A DNA stretch of 64,000 nucleotides from an uncultured Planctomycetaceae bacterium (GTDB lineage: Bacteria; Planctomycetota; Planctomycetia; Isosphaerales; Isosphaeraceae): assembly GCA_963833985.1 (NCBI GenBank), contig CAWIAD010000002.1:1312001-1376000 (forward strand). Reading direction: 5' to 3'. The position numbers were made by a program, and so were the translations under genes. Under the pieces are notes generated by a model, which saw nothing but the letters and a program-made list of their open reading frames with translations, did no database searches and was not told where the DNA came from. Each line of letters opens with the position of its first letter. Position 1 is the stretch's first letter. Shown here piece by piece: positions 26,030 to 37,597 of this stretch.

Positions 26030-26484
26030 GTCTCAACCTCCTGATTCACCAGCGCCTGCACTTTCGCCATCCGGCGTTTGTGGCGTGGGGCGCCGCTGAA
26101 GCGAGCGGCCAGAAAGGTCTCGATCACTTCCCAGGCGAGAGCAGACCCGATCACTTTTCCACCCAGACAGAAGACATTCATGTCGTCATCTTCAACTCCC
26201 TGATGGGCCGAGAAGACGTCATGGATGAGCCCGGCACGAACCCCTGGAACCTTGTTCGAGGCGATGGACGCCCCCACTCCGCTGCCGCAGAGCGCCACTC
26301 CGCGTTCAACCTCCCCCGCGGCGATAGCTCTGGCCAGGGGGATGATGAAATCGGGGTAGTCGTCTCCTGACGTCAGTTGGTGTGCGCCGAAGTCCACGAC
26401 CTCGTGGCCCGACCCTCGCAGCGAGTCCGTCACCTCCCCTTTCAACGTAAACCCTCCATGGTCCGCAGCGATTCGTATGCGCAT
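26026..26484 (-). CDS. rpiB: Ribose-5-phosphate isomerase B
   Basis: [23 protein letters not shown]. Confidence 0.93.
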   Translation of the reverse strand: MRIRIAADHGGFTLKGEVTDSLRGSGHEVVDFGAHQLTSGDDYPDFIIPLARAIAAGEVERGVALCGSGVGASIASNKVPGVRAGLIHDVFSAHQGVEDDDMNVFCLGGKVIGSALAWEVIETFLAARFSGAPRHKRRMAKVQALVNQEVET

Positions 26485-26489
26485 CGTGC

Positions 26490-28529
26490 TTACTCCTTGA
26501 CATGACGGACCAGGTCATGGGTTTGCTTGCAAATATTATCTATCGTGAAGCCATAGTGCTTCATCACGACCGGCCCGGGGGCCGATGCCCCGAAGGTGTC
26601 GACGCCGATCACGGCGATCTGGGGACCGACATAGGATCTCCAGCCGAGGGAAACGCCGGCCTCGATTGCCAGCAGTGGCACACCCGGTGTCAGGACCTCA
26701 TTGCGATACCGATCTGACTGCATAGAGAAGATGTCTGTACTCGGCAAACTCACCACTCTTGCCTGTACTCTCTCAGTCGCCAGCCGATCACGGGCCTCCA
26801 GCGCCAGATGCACCTCGGAACCGGTTGCGATCAGAATAATGTCCGGTCGTGCACCAGACGGAGAGTCCGTGAGTACGTAGCCGCCACGCGGCACTCCAGA
26901 GGGTACGCCCGGATAGCAAGACGGATCGAGCACGGGGAGTCCCTGCCGAGTCAGCACCAGGGCAACGGGACCTTCCCTTCGCTCGATGGCGATCCGCCAG
27001 GCGGCAACCGTCTCATTGGCATCCGCCGGGCGGATGACAGTCATGCCGGGGATCGATCGCAGTCCCACCAGTTGTTCGACAGGCTGATGGGTCGGACCGT
27101 CCTCTCCCATGGCGATGCTATCGTGGGTGAAGACATAGATCACCGGCAGGCCGTTCATGGCCGCCAGGCGCATCGGAGGTCGCATGTAGTCGCTGAAGAT
27201 CAGGAACGTTCCTCCGAAGGGGATGAGGCCACGGTGCAACGCCAAGCCGTTCAAGATGGCACCCATAGAGTGTTCCCGGATGCCAAAGTGCATGATGCGT
27301 CCCGCCAGGTTCTCCGGCTCGAAGTTCCCGGCCCCGTCCATGTTTGTGTGAGTACTGGGAGCAAGATCGGCCGAGCCTCCTATCAACTCGGGCAGGCGAG
27401 AGCCCAGTACGGTGATAGTCTTTCCCGAAGCGATACGCGTCGCCATCGGGCCATCCGCCGCGGTGAAAACCGGGAGGTTGTTGTCCCAATCCTCGGGAAG
27501 CTGCCGGTGTATGACCCGCTCGAATTCCGCTGCCAGGTCAGGGTATTCTTCCGCAAAGGCGTCGAGACGCAACTCCCACTCCGCCTGCGCGGTACCTCCC
27601 CGGGTGATGGCTTCCCGGAAATGCTCCAGAGCCTCCTCCGGAATATGGAACGGTGGTTCCACCGGCCAGCCCAGCCCTTCTTTGGTCAGACGCACCTCCT
27701 CCAAACCGAGCGGCTCCCCGTGGGCAGCCGCGGTGTCCTGCTTGTGGGGGCTGCCGAAGCCGATGTGGGTGCGAACGAGGATCAAGGAAGGCCGGCCGGT
27801 CTCTTCCCGGGCAGCATCGAGCGCGGCGACGACCGCGTCGATGTCATTGCTCTGTTCGATTCGCTGGACGTGCCAGCCGAACGCTGCGAAACGGGCCATC
27901 CGGTCTTCGGTAAATGCCAGCTCCGTGCTACCTTCGATCGTGATGTGGTTGTCTGCATAGAGGACGACGAGCTTCCCCAGCCGCAGATGACCGGCCTCGG
28001 ATCCGGCCTCGGAAGAGATCCCTTCCTCCAGGTCCCCATCGCTGGCCAGGACATAGGTGTAATGGTCCACGACGGTGTGACCAGGCCGATTGAAGCGCGC
28101 TGCGAGAGCGACCTCGGCGATCGCCATACCGACGGAGTTGGCCAGACCCTGTCCCAAGGGACCGGTGGTTGCCTCAACGCCGGGGGTCTTCCCGTATTCC
28201 GGATGGCCTGGGGTACGGCTTCCCCACTGGCGGAACTTCTCGAGCTCCTCAAATGGCAGGTCGAAGCCCGTGACATGAAGCAGCGCGTACAAGAGAGCAC
28301 ACCCATGTCCGGCCGAAAGCACAAATCGATCCCGGTCGGGCCAGAAGGGATCACGCGGGTTGAACTTCAAAAAGCGATCCCAGAGCGCGTAGGCCATGGC
28401 CGCCGAACCCAGGGGCAGACCAGGGTGCCCTGACCTGGCCTTCTGCACGGCGTCCACGGCCAGGAAGCGCAGAGTGTTGACGCAGAGTTTGTCCAGTTCG
28501 GGTGGAGCGTTTGTGGCTAAGAGTGTCAT
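26490..28529 (-). CDS. tkt: Transketolase
   Basis: [44 protein letters not shown]. Confidence 0.96.
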   Translation of the reverse strand: MTLLATNAPPELDKLCVNTLRFLAVDAVQKARSGHPGLPLGSAAMAYALWDRFLKFNPRDPFWPDRDRFVLSAGHGCALLYALLHVTGFDLPFEELEKFRQWGSRTPGHPEYGKTPGVEATTGPLGQGLANSVGMAIAEVALAARFNRPGHTVVDHYTYVLASDGDLEEGISSEAGSEAGHLRLGKLVVLYADNHITIEGSTELAFTEDRMARFAAFGWHVQRIEQSNDIDAVVAALDAAREETGRPSLILVRTHIGFGSPHKQDTAAAHGEPLGLEEVRLTKEGLGWPVEPPFHIPEEALEHFREAITRGGTAQAEWELRLDAFAEEYPDLAAEFERVIHRQLPEDWDNNLPVFTAADGPMATRIASGKTITVLGSRLPELIGGSADLAPSTHTNMDGAGNFEPENLAGRIMHFGIREHSMGAILNGLALHRGLIPFGGTFLIFSDYMRPPMRLAAMNGLPVIYVFTHDSIAMGEDGPTHQPVEQLVGLRSIPGMTVIRPADANETVAAWRIAIERREGPVALVLTRQGLPVLDPSCYPGVPSGVPRGGYVLTDSPSGARPDIILIATGSEVHLALEARDRLATERVQARVVSLPSTDIFSMQSDRYRNEVLTPGVPLLAIEAGVSLGWRSYVGPQIAVIGVDTFGASAPGPVVMKHYGFTIDNICKQTHDLVRHVKE

Positions 28530-29716
28530 GTTGGCGTTGAACCTCTTCTGATCGTGAGCGGGATTTCGCGACGCTTTTTTGTCTCGGGCTGACCGTCGAT
28601 CCGAAGTGAGCCCGTGGCTCGGGACACGTCGGCGCGGGCCCCTGTCGGCAGGAATTCCGGCACGTCAAGACGCGCCACGCCGATCCGGTTGTCGGCCATC
28701 CCGTAATAGATGTCGAAACGATCGGGCAAGCCGAGATCATCGCGCCGGTCGATGGCAGTGGGAAAGACGACGTTGGCGACCGTTCCGATACGTTCCTGTG
28801 GTAATTCCGGCGTCAATATTGGCTCCGGTGAACGATAGCGGATCACCCGCGGATGCTGCTCGGAGAGCACCAGCACGCCGGCGGAGTAGCATAACTTGTG
28901 CGCTGCCGTGTTCGAGACTGCCAGTTCGTGGACGCCATGGTAGATGACCATCCATCCGTGTCGCGTCAGCACCGGAGGAGTGCCGCCACCAATTTTGAGC
29001 GATTCCCAGCCCACCACCGGGCTGGCGAACCGGTTATGCAAGGTGAAGTGGCAGAGGTGATAGGGCTCATCGCCAGGATCACCCAGTGGACAGTAGGAAA
29101 TCCAAATGCTCTCTCGATGGAGATCCACGACGCGGGACGCCGGTTGGCAGACTGTTTCCTCAGGGCGAGTCCCGGGAAAGAGAGGTCTGTGGAGGAGGGC
29201 CATTGCCGGTTGCCCGTCAGGATCGGGAATGGCGACGGGGAAGATGCTGGCATCCTTATTATCCACACCGTCGAACTCGATGCCTTCATAAGGGCGGAAG
29301 GTCGCCAGCCCCAGACGTTGCCAGTGGAAAAGGTCTTCCGAGAGGGCAAGGGCAATCCGCGGACCTTTGGGTGAAAGTGCTGTGTAAGTCATCACGTAAC
29401 GCTTGAGGTCTTGACCGTAACTTATCCGTGCATCCTCACATCCTCCGCTGCCGTCAGGCCGCAGCTCGTAATCCGTTTCTGGCTCCAGTGCGATGCCGAG
29501 CCGTTCGACTCCCTCCGGGTCGCCGGCCTCATTGAATTTCACTCGGGCAATACCGATGCGCGAGAAATTTCCCTTTCCGACCAGGCGCGGGAAGAGGTAG
29601 TACTGACCGTCAGGGCCGCGCACCCCGGCGGGGTTCAAGACCCCTTCGACCTCCAGCGGATTACCCGGCTCGGGCTCCATCAGCATCCCCAGCCGCTTCA
29701 TTTGAAATCCTGCCAT
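28526..29716 (-). CDS. GH130-family glycosidase / mannoside phosphorylase
   Basis: GVLNP, GCEDARI, NKDA, LLHRP, KIGGG, NVVFP. Confidence 0.85.
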   Translation of the reverse strand: MAGFQMKRLGMLMEPEPGNPLEVEGVLNPAGVRGPDGQYYLFPRLVGKGNFSRIGIARVKFNEAGDPEGVERLGIALEPETDYELRPDGSGGCEDARISYGQDLKRYVMTYTALSPKGPRIALALSEDLFHWQRLGLATFRPYEGIEFDGVDNKDASIFPVAIPDPDGQPAMALLHRPLFPGTRPEETVCQPASRVVDLHRESIWISYCPLGDPGDEPYHLCHFTLHNRFASPVVGWESLKIGGGTPPVLTRHGWMVIYHGVHELAVSNTAAHKLCYSAGVLVLSEQHPRVIRYRSPEPILTPELPQERIGTVANVVFPTAIDRRDDLGLPDRFDIYYGMADNRIGVARLDVPEFLPTGARADVSRATGSLRIDGQPETKKRREIPLTIRRGSTPT

Positions 29717-29748
29717 CGCCTCTCCTCAAGACGTCATACGTAATCAGC

Positions 29749-30492
29749 TTAGATTAAACATGCGATGATTGCTTCGATAACCCGTTTGGTCTCATGTGGT
29801 TCTTTGACCCGGATCGACAAGACGCCAGCTTCCTCGGCCGGATAGTCGTTGCCGCCAGGAAACAAGGCATCTCCGATGAAGATCATCTCTTCAATGGCTA
29901 TGCCCAGCATGTCCCTTAGCTTTCTAATCCCGTAGGCCTTGTCGATGCCGGGCTTCGTGACGTCAATGGACGTCGCGCCACCGAGTCGGACAGAAAACTC
30001 CGGAATCAAGGTGTCAAGGATGGCTTTCATCTTCTTTCGCTTGTTGAAATCCGGGTCCCATTTCACCTTTTCTTGCAGAGGAGCTTCTTGACCCAATGCG
30101 GAAAAGGTGATCTGACTACCCCTGTCTTGAATCAACTCTCCCCAGACTTTTTCGGGCTTCAGGCCCGATTGCTCGATTGCCTGCTTCAGTGAACTGATAA
30201 TCCTATCTTTCTGTTCACTCGTGAAATCTTCCGCGTAAAGTTTTTTCCAACCTGTTTCGTACTTGTAGAACTGTGTTCCACATGTAGGGAGGAGCGAAAG
30301 GTTCTTCAGGCGTTCGTCACAGGTAAGATGAGAGAGCACTTGTTTTTGAAACTGCGGCCAGTTGCCGCCGGAGATCACAGCGACCTTGATCACGCCAAAC
30401 AGTTTATTGAGAAGGGTCGCCATCTCGGGATCCAGCGACGACTTGCTCTGGGCCAGTGTTCCATCGAGGTCGAATACAACGAGCTTTTTCAT
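29749..30492 (-). CDS. HAD-IIB hydrolase, phosphomannomutase-like
   Basis: FDLDGTL, ISGG, DRGSQITFS, GGATSIDV, FIGDALFPGGND. Confidence 0.85.
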   Translation of the reverse strand: MKKLVVFDLDGTLAQSKSSLDPEMATLLNKLFGVIKVAVISGGNWPQFQKQVLSHLTCDERLKNLSLLPTCGTQFYKYETGWKKLYAEDFTSEQKDRIISSLKQAIEQSGLKPEKVWGELIQDRGSQITFSALGQEAPLQEKVKWDPDFNKRKKMKAILDTLIPEFSVRLGGATSIDVTKPGIDKAYGIRKLRDMLGIAIEEMIFIGDALFPGGNDYPAEEAGVLSIRVKEPHETKRVIEAIIACLI

Positions 30493-30548
30493 TTTACGGT
30501 TTCTGTGTTCTTGACCCTGTTCACCATCCCGATCCTTTCCGGCTGGAA

Positions 30549-31539
30549 CTATCCAGGCAGAGCGACCTCCAGCATGGTGACTGGAGTTTGTGGATGGTAA
30601 GTACATGCGCCGACCTCCGCCGGCAAGAGCACGACGTCGCCCTGGCCGATGGGATAATTGGTGCCGCTGTACTCCAGCTCTCCTTCGCCGGCGATGCACA
30701 CCAGCACTCGAGGTGTGGCAGTCGCACCGACGCCGAATGGCGATTGTCCGGTGGTACGCCACACCGAGAAATGTGCACAATGAAAGAGGCGCTCACGCCT
30801 CACCGGCGCATCCTCGAGCACCACCGGTGCCACCGGACCGATTGCGACTTGTCTGAAATCGAGGCAGGCAACCGCCTGCTCGACTTGCAGGGGTCGGGGC
30901 TTACCAGTCTTGGGGTCGAGCCGATCCCAATCGTAAAGGCGATACGTGACGTCGCTGTTTTCCTGGACCTCGAACACGACAAGGCCGCTGAGGGAGTGAG
31001 CGGTCCCGGCCCGGAGGAAGACGGCGTCGCCGACCCTCGGCCTGAAGCTTGCCAGAAGCTCAGCCACCGTCCTGTTAGCGAGAGGCTCGCTTCAGATCGT
31101 CTTGAGTGGTCCCTGGCCTCAGACCCGCGTAGATGCGGCTCGCTGGCCCCGCGTCCAGCACGACCCACGCTTCGGACTTGCCGGTTTCGCCCGCCGGGAT
31201 ATAGTCCTTCTGCCCATCCTCCGGATGTACCTGGACCGAGAGCTTTTCGTGAGCGTCGAGGAACTTGAGGAGCACAGGGAACCGTCGGAAACGGCCCGCC
31301 AGTTTACCCAGCAGTTGGTCGGGCGACTGCTCCACCAACTGCTGGATGGTCGACCCTTTGAGCGGACCGGCAGCGACCCTGCTGGGATGGTCATCGCGGT
31401 CGCTCAGTAGCCAGGCTTCGCCGATAGGTCCGTCGCCGGGAAGTGGTTCCCTGAGCAACTCGGCCAGGCGCCGGCCACCCCAGAGTCGATACTGGAAGAT
31501 CGGTTCGAATCGCAGCGGGTACATTGGAAGGTTGATCAT
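30549..31539 (-). CDS. manA: Type I mannose-6-phosphate isomerase (frameshift near 31080)
   Basis: WGGRRL, IGEAW, KFLDA..LSVQVHP, KSEAW; second frame GTAHS and EVQENSDVTYRLYDW. Confidence 0.88.
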
Positions 31540-31604
31540 GTCGTGTCTCTTGTTGTACCGGGCGGAGCATCTGCGGGCGCATTTTCTAAGCGATGCCCGT
31601 GGGG

Positions 31605-32441
31605 TCAGGGGCCATGCTTCTTCGCTGAGTGATATTCCTTGCGAATATGCTCGATATCTACCGTAGGCGGGGGGAGCGTCATCTTCAGCCCTTCCAGGTG
31701 CTCAATGACGATCCGGGCCACGGCGAGGTTCCTGAACCATTTGTGGTCAGAGGGGATAATGAACCAGGGGGCGTGATCGGTGCTGCAACGGGAGAGTGCA
31801 TCCTCGTAAGCCGCCGTGTACTCGTCCCAGGAGGTTCGCTCCTTGTGATCTGCCTCACTGATCTTCCATTGTTTGGAAGGATCGTCGAGCCGATCCTTGA
31901 AGCGCTTCAGTTGCTCTCCTTTGGAGATGTGTAGGAAGAATTTGAGGATATGGGTATCATCCTCGACGAGCCCACTTTCGAAGGCATTGATTCGATCGTA
32001 CCTTCGGGACCAGGTCTCCTTCGGGACCAGGTCATGAACTCGGGCGATCAACACGTCCTCGTAATGAGAGCGGTTGAAGATGGCCACTTCACCACGGGCA
32101 GGCGCGGCACGATGGATCCGCCAGAGGAAATCGTGCCCAAGCTCGAGCGCGCTCGGTTGCTTGAACGACACGACTTTGCAGCCTTGTGGGTTCATCGCAC
32201 CCAGGATGTGACCGATCGTGCCATCCTTACCCCCTGCGTCGAGCGCTTGGAGACAGATCAGGAGTGATCGCCGTCCATTGGCATAAAGCAACTCTTGCAG
32301 TTCTCTCAGCCTTTGCAAGTCGTGCTCAATCTCCTTGGCGGCCTCCTTGTGGTCCTCGTGATGGTTCTTCAACTTCGGGTCGATATCCTTCAGGCTGACC
32401 GTGGTGCGGGGCGGCACTCGGAAGCGTTCCACATAGCTCAC
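31605..32441 (-). CDS. ppk2: Polyphosphate kinase 2 family (polyP:nucleotide phosphotransferase)
   Basis: ALDAGGKDG, FKQPS, HDFLWR, FNRSHYEDV, KWFRN. Confidence 0.92.
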   Translation of the reverse strand: MSYVERFRVPPRTTVSLKDIDPKLKNHHEDHKEAAKEIEHDLQRLRELQELLYANGRRSLLICLQALDAGGKDGTIGHILGAMNPQGCKVVSFKQPSALELGHDFLWRIHRAAPARGEVAIFNRSHYEDVLIARVHDLVPKETWSRRYDRINAFESGLVEDDTHILKFFLHISKGEQLKRFKDRLDDPSKQWKISEADHKERTSWDEYTAAYEDALSRCSTDHAPWFIIPSDHKWFRNLAVARIVIEHLEGLKMTLPPPTVDIEHIRKEYHSAKKHGP

Positions 32442-32533
32442 TTCGCTCCTCCTGCCGGCGGTTGCCGAAGGATTTTTTGTCCAAGGTTCCGGACGTGGGT
32501 CGTCCAGAACCTTCTGTCGCGCATCTGGTGGAG

Positions 32534-33085
32534 TTACACGCCCACGGTGGCCAGCCGATCCCCGTGGACCGTCGTTGCATCCGCCTCACTTTGATGCAGT
32601 AGGTCCTTGGCATGCTCAACCTCTTCGGAGGTTCCGTGAGCAACGAGAAGGAGTTTGCCGTTCTTCACCTCAGTTTCGTATTGCAGGACGCTGTTCTTCG
32701 GAATGCCGATGCTGACCAGTGCGGCGCCCAAGGCGCTGAGTCCACCCATGACCGCGGCGCTCTCGAGCGCTCCGACGATCCAGACCACCAGCGGTCCCGC
32801 AACGAGCACCGTCCCGATGCCAGGCAACCAGAAGAACGCGGAGCCGAACAGTAATCCCCAGAAACCGCCCCAGAAGGCCCCCAGCTTTCCCCAGTACTTC
32901 ATGCGGTCGCCGGTGTTGTAATAGCCGACGACGTTCTCCTCTGTGTGGTAATCCTTGCCGATGATCGACAGCTTCTTCATGTCGAAGCCACTCTTGTGAA
33001 GTTCGCGGATCGCGTCTTCGGCGCGCTCATGAGATTCGAAGATTGCGACAACGGAGTTTTTGTCTGACATCATCTGGTTCCTCAT
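32534..33085 (-). CDS. General-stress / DUF1269-like membrane protein
   Basis: VVAIF..H..AE.AI.EL..SGF, GAFWGGFWGLLFG glycine-rich helices, YETEVKNGK. Confidence 0.8.
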   Translation of the reverse strand: MRNQMMSDKNSVVAIFESHERAEDAIRELHKSGFDMKKLSIIGKDYHTEENVVGYYNTGDRMKYWGKLGAFWGGFWGLLFGSAFFWLPGIGTVLVAGPLVVWIVGALESAAVMGGLSALGAALVSIGIPKNSVLQYETEVKNGKLLLVAHGTSEEVEHAKDLLHQSEADATTVHGDRLATVGV

Positions 33086-33211
33086 TGGTGAGTACTGGTG
33101 GAACTGGCAAAAGCTGACGTGCGAAAAGGTGAACTGCGCGTCACGGCTGTATTACGCTAATGCGTCGGATTGGTCGTGAAGTTCTTGCGGCCTAGAGACC
33201 GGAGCGCGAGC

Positions 33212-33321
33212 AAAAAAGAAGCCGGCGTGGTCAAGAACCCTGAGGTCCCAGGCCACGCCGGCTTACTCTTCGACGGACCGCCCGGAATACCCGGGCTGCC
33301 CTTCGTTTAGTCATCCGACTA
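33212..33321 (-). ncRNA. Riboswitch-like RNA copy 2 with terminator, heading the ~22 kb cluster
   Basis: UCGGAUGACUA..GGGCAGCCCGG..CCGGGCGGUCC..GAGUAAGCCGGCGUGG...CCACGCCGGCUUCUUUUUU. Confidence 0.75.
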
Positions 33322-33484
33322 CTTCAGATCGTTTCCCAGAGCCGACGAGATAGTTCCACGTCGAGTCTCAAAGAACACTCGTCATGGTATGCGCGGCGAC
33401 AAGGGAAAAGCAAATGAATTCGTGCTAAGGTCGGAATTCTTCATACCAGATCAATCTGAGAAGGGTGACAGCGGTTCAGACGTT

Positions 33485-33919
33485 CTACTTCCTCTTCGCC
33501 TCGCGGACCTGTGGCGTTTCGGCCAGTGTGAAGCGCACGCGCTCCTCGCCGGTGAGCGTGCTGATATCGTGGTGCATGCTCACAACCTTGATGCCGGTGA
33601 CTTCTTCGACCAGGGCTTCCATGAGAGGTCGCGCAGTTTCGAGAAGATGTGTACGTACTTGTTTGAGCAGATCTCTCCCCTTTTCGGCCGGCAGCGACTT
33701 GACCAGGTGCTGTTCCGCTGCGGTCAAGACGCCTTGGAGGCGGACGATGAGCAAGTCGCCGATCAAGTGAGTGCGGATATCCTTGGGCCCCCGGCCCATG
33801 TTTTCCTGCTCAAAACGACCCATCCCTGCACAAATGGTGGCTTCGATTTCCCCTTGTGTTCTCAAGACCGTTCCATCAACCGTCCGATAGCTGAGGACTC
33901 GGGTTCTCGCAGAGAGCAT
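33485..33919 (-). CDS. DUF2294 / MpsC-like protein
   Basis: TQGEIEA, MGRGPKDI, LQGVLTAAEQHL, SMHHDIST.TGE; start uncertain. Confidence 0.85.
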   Translation of the reverse strand: MLSARTRVLSYRTVDGTVLRTQGEIEATICAGMGRFEQENMGRGPKDIRTHLIGDLLIVRLQGVLTAAEQHLVKSLPAEKGRDLLKQVRTHLLETARPLMEALVEEVTGIKVVSMHHDISTLTGEERVRFTLAETPQVREAKRK

Positions 33920-34073
33920 CCCAGCCCGAATCGTCCAGGCGCCGGCTAACCGGCAAGTATTATTTGTAAAGAAGACAATATCCTTGCAATGGGCGCGAAG
34001 GATGAGATAATAATGGAATCTTGGGAAGCTTGTCCAAGCATGTGGGCAAATCCCGTGACAATCTGAGTTGGGA

Positions 34074-34183
34074 TCGTCGGATAACTACATAAAGGGCAAC
34101 TCGCCTTTGCGGGGGGCTCGTTAGCGAGTAAGCCGGCGCGGCGGATACCTTGGGGTAGTCCGCCGCGCCGGCTTCTTTTATTT
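34074..34183 (+). ncRNA. Riboswitch-like RNA copy 3 with terminator
   Basis: UCGGAUAACUA..GGGCAACUCGC..GCGGGGGGCUC..GAGUAAGCCGGCGCGGCGG...CCGCCGCGCCGGCUUCUUUU. Confidence 0.72.
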
Positions 34184-34252
34184 GCTGGGTGCCGTGCACA
34201 TGGGCCAGGGTTGAATTCGCTGTCCAGAACCCTAGCGCTCACGGAGAAACAG

Positions 34253-34361
34253 ATGAAATCAGTCTCGATCAAGTCGTCTGTCCCCTCAGAAAACGAGCAG
34301 GTACTGGAATCCGCGCGTGGACTGCATGTGCAGATCCATGTCTCTGGTCAGAATGGTTCTA
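34253..34361 (+). pseudogene. 5' stub of the gene downstream of RNA copy 3, cut by the IS630 end
   Basis: GGAG RBS and ATG at 34253 (MKSVSIKSSVP...); the frame runs into the IS630 terminus at TA 34360-61. Confidence 0.4.
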
Positions 34362-34446
34362 AGCGGCTCGCCGCGGTTTCTTTTCACTTTTTGATTTGAG
34401 ACCGCGCCCGTACCCCTGGAAGCCTGTGTCAACTGCCGCGCGGAGG
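34359..34446 (-). pseudogene. IS630-family transposase, C-terminal piece separated by the four-gene transposon
   Basis: Removing 34447-38671 plus one GGAGG restores ...TTRASL-RAAVDTGFQGYGRGLKSKSEKKPRRAA* in frame. Confidence 0.85.
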
Positions 34447-34599
34447 TGTGCGTGAGCAGGCTAAGCGACGCGAAATCAGCGATTCCTGAGCAACATCGCT
34501 GAGGGTACCAACAAAATTCCCCTCGAAGAGCCTGGTCACTTGATCAAGCTTCCCGAGGGGTGTACTCCGTGGTTTACCACAACAGCGGAGTACTCGACC

Positions 34600-35184
34600 A
34601 TGTATCATGATTTACCCCGGACCGCCAGGCTCTGGTCGTTTCTTTGGGCTGTCGACCAGCATCTCGCAGAGGAAACCCGCAAGCAAGCATGTTCATGTGG
34701 CGGCCGCCTGCACGCCGCCAACTATCTCCGCAAGCCACGCGGCACTGCCGTCCAGCTACCCGAGCAAGAATGCCTCAGACTGAGCTTCTGCTGCGATCGC
34801 GAGGGCTGCAGGAAGAGAGTCACACCGCCGTCGGTGCGCTTCCTGGGCCGCAAGGTCTACCTGGGCGCGATCGTGATCCTCATCAGCGCCATGCGGCAGG
34901 GACCCTCGCCACGCCGCGTCCGCGAGCTTTCCACACGCTTCGGCGCCGACCGCCGGACCATCGCCCGCTGGCAGGTCTTCTGGCGCGAACGCTTTCCTCA
35001 GACACCATTCTGGAAGGTTGCAGGCGCCCGGTTGGTGCCGGTCCTGGAGATCCTCTCCCTTCCCTACTCACTTGTCGACGCCTTCCTCTCCCGCCATCGC
35101 ATCTGCAAAGGGTGGACGCTCCTGCTGCGGTTTCTCGCACCGATCACGATCCCCGGCGGCCTGCGAATCGAGGTCTCGCGATGA
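34600..35184 (+). CDS. Transposon orf1: Cys-rich (Zn-binding-like) plus HTH-like protein
   Basis: CSCGGRLH...CCDREGCRKR, then ELSTRFGADRRTIARW; ATG at 34600 after GGAG. Confidence 0.75.
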   Translation: MYHDLPRTARLWSFLWAVDQHLAEETRKQACSCGGRLHAANYLRKPRGTAVQLPEQECLRLSFCCDREGCRKRVTPPSVRFLGRKVYLGAIVILISAMRQGPSPRRVRELSTRFGADRRTIARWQVFWRERFPQTPFWKVAGARLVPVLEILSLPYSLVDAFLSRHRICKGWTLLLRFLAPITIPGGLRIEVSR

Positions 35185-35280
35185 TCGCTTTCCACCCGCA
35201 GAAGATGCTCGTCGCCGATTTTGATCCGCCGATTTATAGAGGTTGTCACGGTCCCTTCACCCGACTTGTGAGGAGATGTG

Positions 35281-36754
35281 ATGACTCAAAGACACCCCTG
35301 TTCAACCGCTGCCTTGTGGGCACGGTTTCGGTTCTCCGTGGTGGGCTCGCTCCTGAGCTCTCCCCCTGCGCGGATCGCTTCAGACAGCGATCTGCTCCCT
35401 TGCCGAAAAGACCTGGTCGCATCCTGTGACGGGGCGCGATGTCCGCGTCGCGGCCGCCACCATCGCGCGCTGGTACTACACGGCGCTCCACCAGCCTGAC
35501 GACCCGGTCGCCGCCTTGCGTCGTGCCGTGCGGAAAGACTGCGGAAAGATCTCGCTGGCGGCGACCCTCGCCGAGCGACTCCATCTCCAGTATCGCGATC
35601 ACACGGACTGGAGCTATCAACTGCACTACGACAACCTCGCCGCGCTCTTGAAGGCCGATCCCTCACTGGGGCGGCTCCCCTCCTATTCCACGATCAAGCG
35701 TTTCATGCAGGCTCACGGCCTGGTGCGCAGACCGAGGCTCCGGCCCGGCGGACGCCCTGGCGAAGTCCGCGCCCAAGAGAGGCGTCAGACACGGGAAATC
35801 CGCAGCTACGAAGCCACCCATGTCGGAGCGCTCTGGCATCTCGATTTCCACCACGGATCGCTCAAGGTGCTCACTCCCGGCGGCCAGTGGCTGCGGCCAA
35901 TCGCGCTGGGCATCCTCGATGACCACTCACGACTGTGCTGCCACGTTCAGTGGTATCTCTCGGAGACCGCCGAGGACCTGGTGCACGGACTCTCCCAGGC
36001 GATCCAGAAACGGGGCCTGCCGCGCGCGCTGTTGACCGATAACGGCTCCGCGATGGTGGCCGAGGAAGTCACCGAAGGGCTCTTGCGTCTGGGCATCGTC
36101 GCAGAGCGAACGCTCCCTTATAGCCCGTATCAAAACGGCAAGCAGGAGGCGTTCTGGGGCACGCTCAAGGGGCGGCTCATGAAGATGCTCGATGGTGTCA
36201 GGGAATTGACCCTGGAATTGCTCAATGAGGCAACCCAGGCCTGGATGGAAATTGAGTACAACCGCGCCGTGCACCGCGAGACCGGCAGCTCGCCGGTCGA
36301 CCGCTTCGCCAAGGCCCCCGATGTGCTTCGCTCGAGCCCTTCGAGTGTAGCGCTGCGTGCGGCATTCCGCCTGGAGACCAAGAGGAGCCAGCGTCAAAGC
36401 GACGGCACCATCTCACTGGAGGGGAGGCGCTTCGAGATTCCGGCAAGGTACCGTCACTTCCGCGCAGTGACCGTCCGTTACGCCCGCTGGGACCTCGGCC
36501 GGATCGATCTGGTCGACGAGCAAAGTGGAACCGTCCTGGCTCCCATTTATCCCCTCGACAAAGCCGCCAACGCCGACGGCCGCCGGGCCGTAACCGGGTC
36601 CGGTGGCACCGAGGTGCCGTCCCCAGAGCAGCGGCGCGACGCCGGCGAACTGCCACCCCTCCTGAAAAGGATCCTCCAGGAGTACTCGGCCACGGGCATG
36701 CCGCCGGCCTATTTGCCCAGGACATCCCCGAAAGACAACGGAGAACCCTCATGA
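35281..36754 (+). CDS. DDE integrase/transposase (rve-type, Mu/TnsB-like C-terminus); frameshift near 35370
   Basis: WHLDFH, LTDNGS and NGKQE form the DDE triad; DGTISLEGRRFEIP C-terminal region. Confidence 0.9.
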
Positions 36755-37595
36755 ATAGCAAGAAACTGCTGGCACTCTATGGGCTGAAATGGAACCCGTT
36801 TTCACCCGAGCTTCCTCCCGAAGCACTGCTGGCGCCCCCCAGGATCGAGCAATTTGCCTGGCGCGTGGAACAGCTGGTCCAGGAAGGAGGCTTCGCGCTG
36901 ATCACGGGTGAGTCGGGCACCGGCAAATCGGTGGCGCTGCGGATTGTGGCCGGGCGGCTGGCGGCGCTGCGGGATGTCACCGTCGGTGTGATCGAGCGAC
37001 CCCAGTCGAAGAGCCCCGACTTCTATCGGGAGCTGGGGGACATCTTCGCGGTGAAGCTGGCACCGCACAATCGCTGGTGCGGGTTCAAGGCGCTCCGCGA
37101 GCGGTGGAAAGCCCACGTGGCCTCCTCGCGGATCCGCCCGGTGCTGCTGATCGACGAAGCCCAGGAGATGAGCCCTGAGGTCCTCTGCGAGCTGCGTATT
37201 CTCTCCAGCGCCGACTTCGATGCCACGTCGCTTTTGACCGTGATCCTCTCGGGAGATGAACGACTGCTGGAACTGTTGCGGCACGAAGATCTGGTGCCCC
37301 TGGGCACCCGGATTCGCACGCGACTGGTCACCGAGCCCGCCACCCGCGAAGAGCTCCTGGAGTTGCTTCAGCACGCGCTGGCCAAGGCCGGCAATGCCGC
37401 GCTCATGACGCCCCAGCTCGCAGAGACACTGGTCGACCACAGCGCGGGGAACTACCGTTTGCTCATGATTATGGGAGGTGAGCTCTTGGCCCATGGCATG
37501 GCGCACGAAATCGGGCAGCTTGACGAGAAGTGCTACCTCGAGGTCTATCAGCCGCGAGGCCCGCGCCCGCGCTGAAGAAGAAAGCGAAGGTGTGA
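36751..37595 (+). CDS. ExeA-like AAA+ ATPase (transposition helper); likely 1-nt slip near the C-terminus
   Basis: YGLKWNPF, Walker A GESGTGKS, Walker B LLIDEAQ; ORF stops at 37575, while adding one C gives ...ALKKKAKV* at 37595. Confidence 0.88.
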
Positions 37596-37597
37596 CG

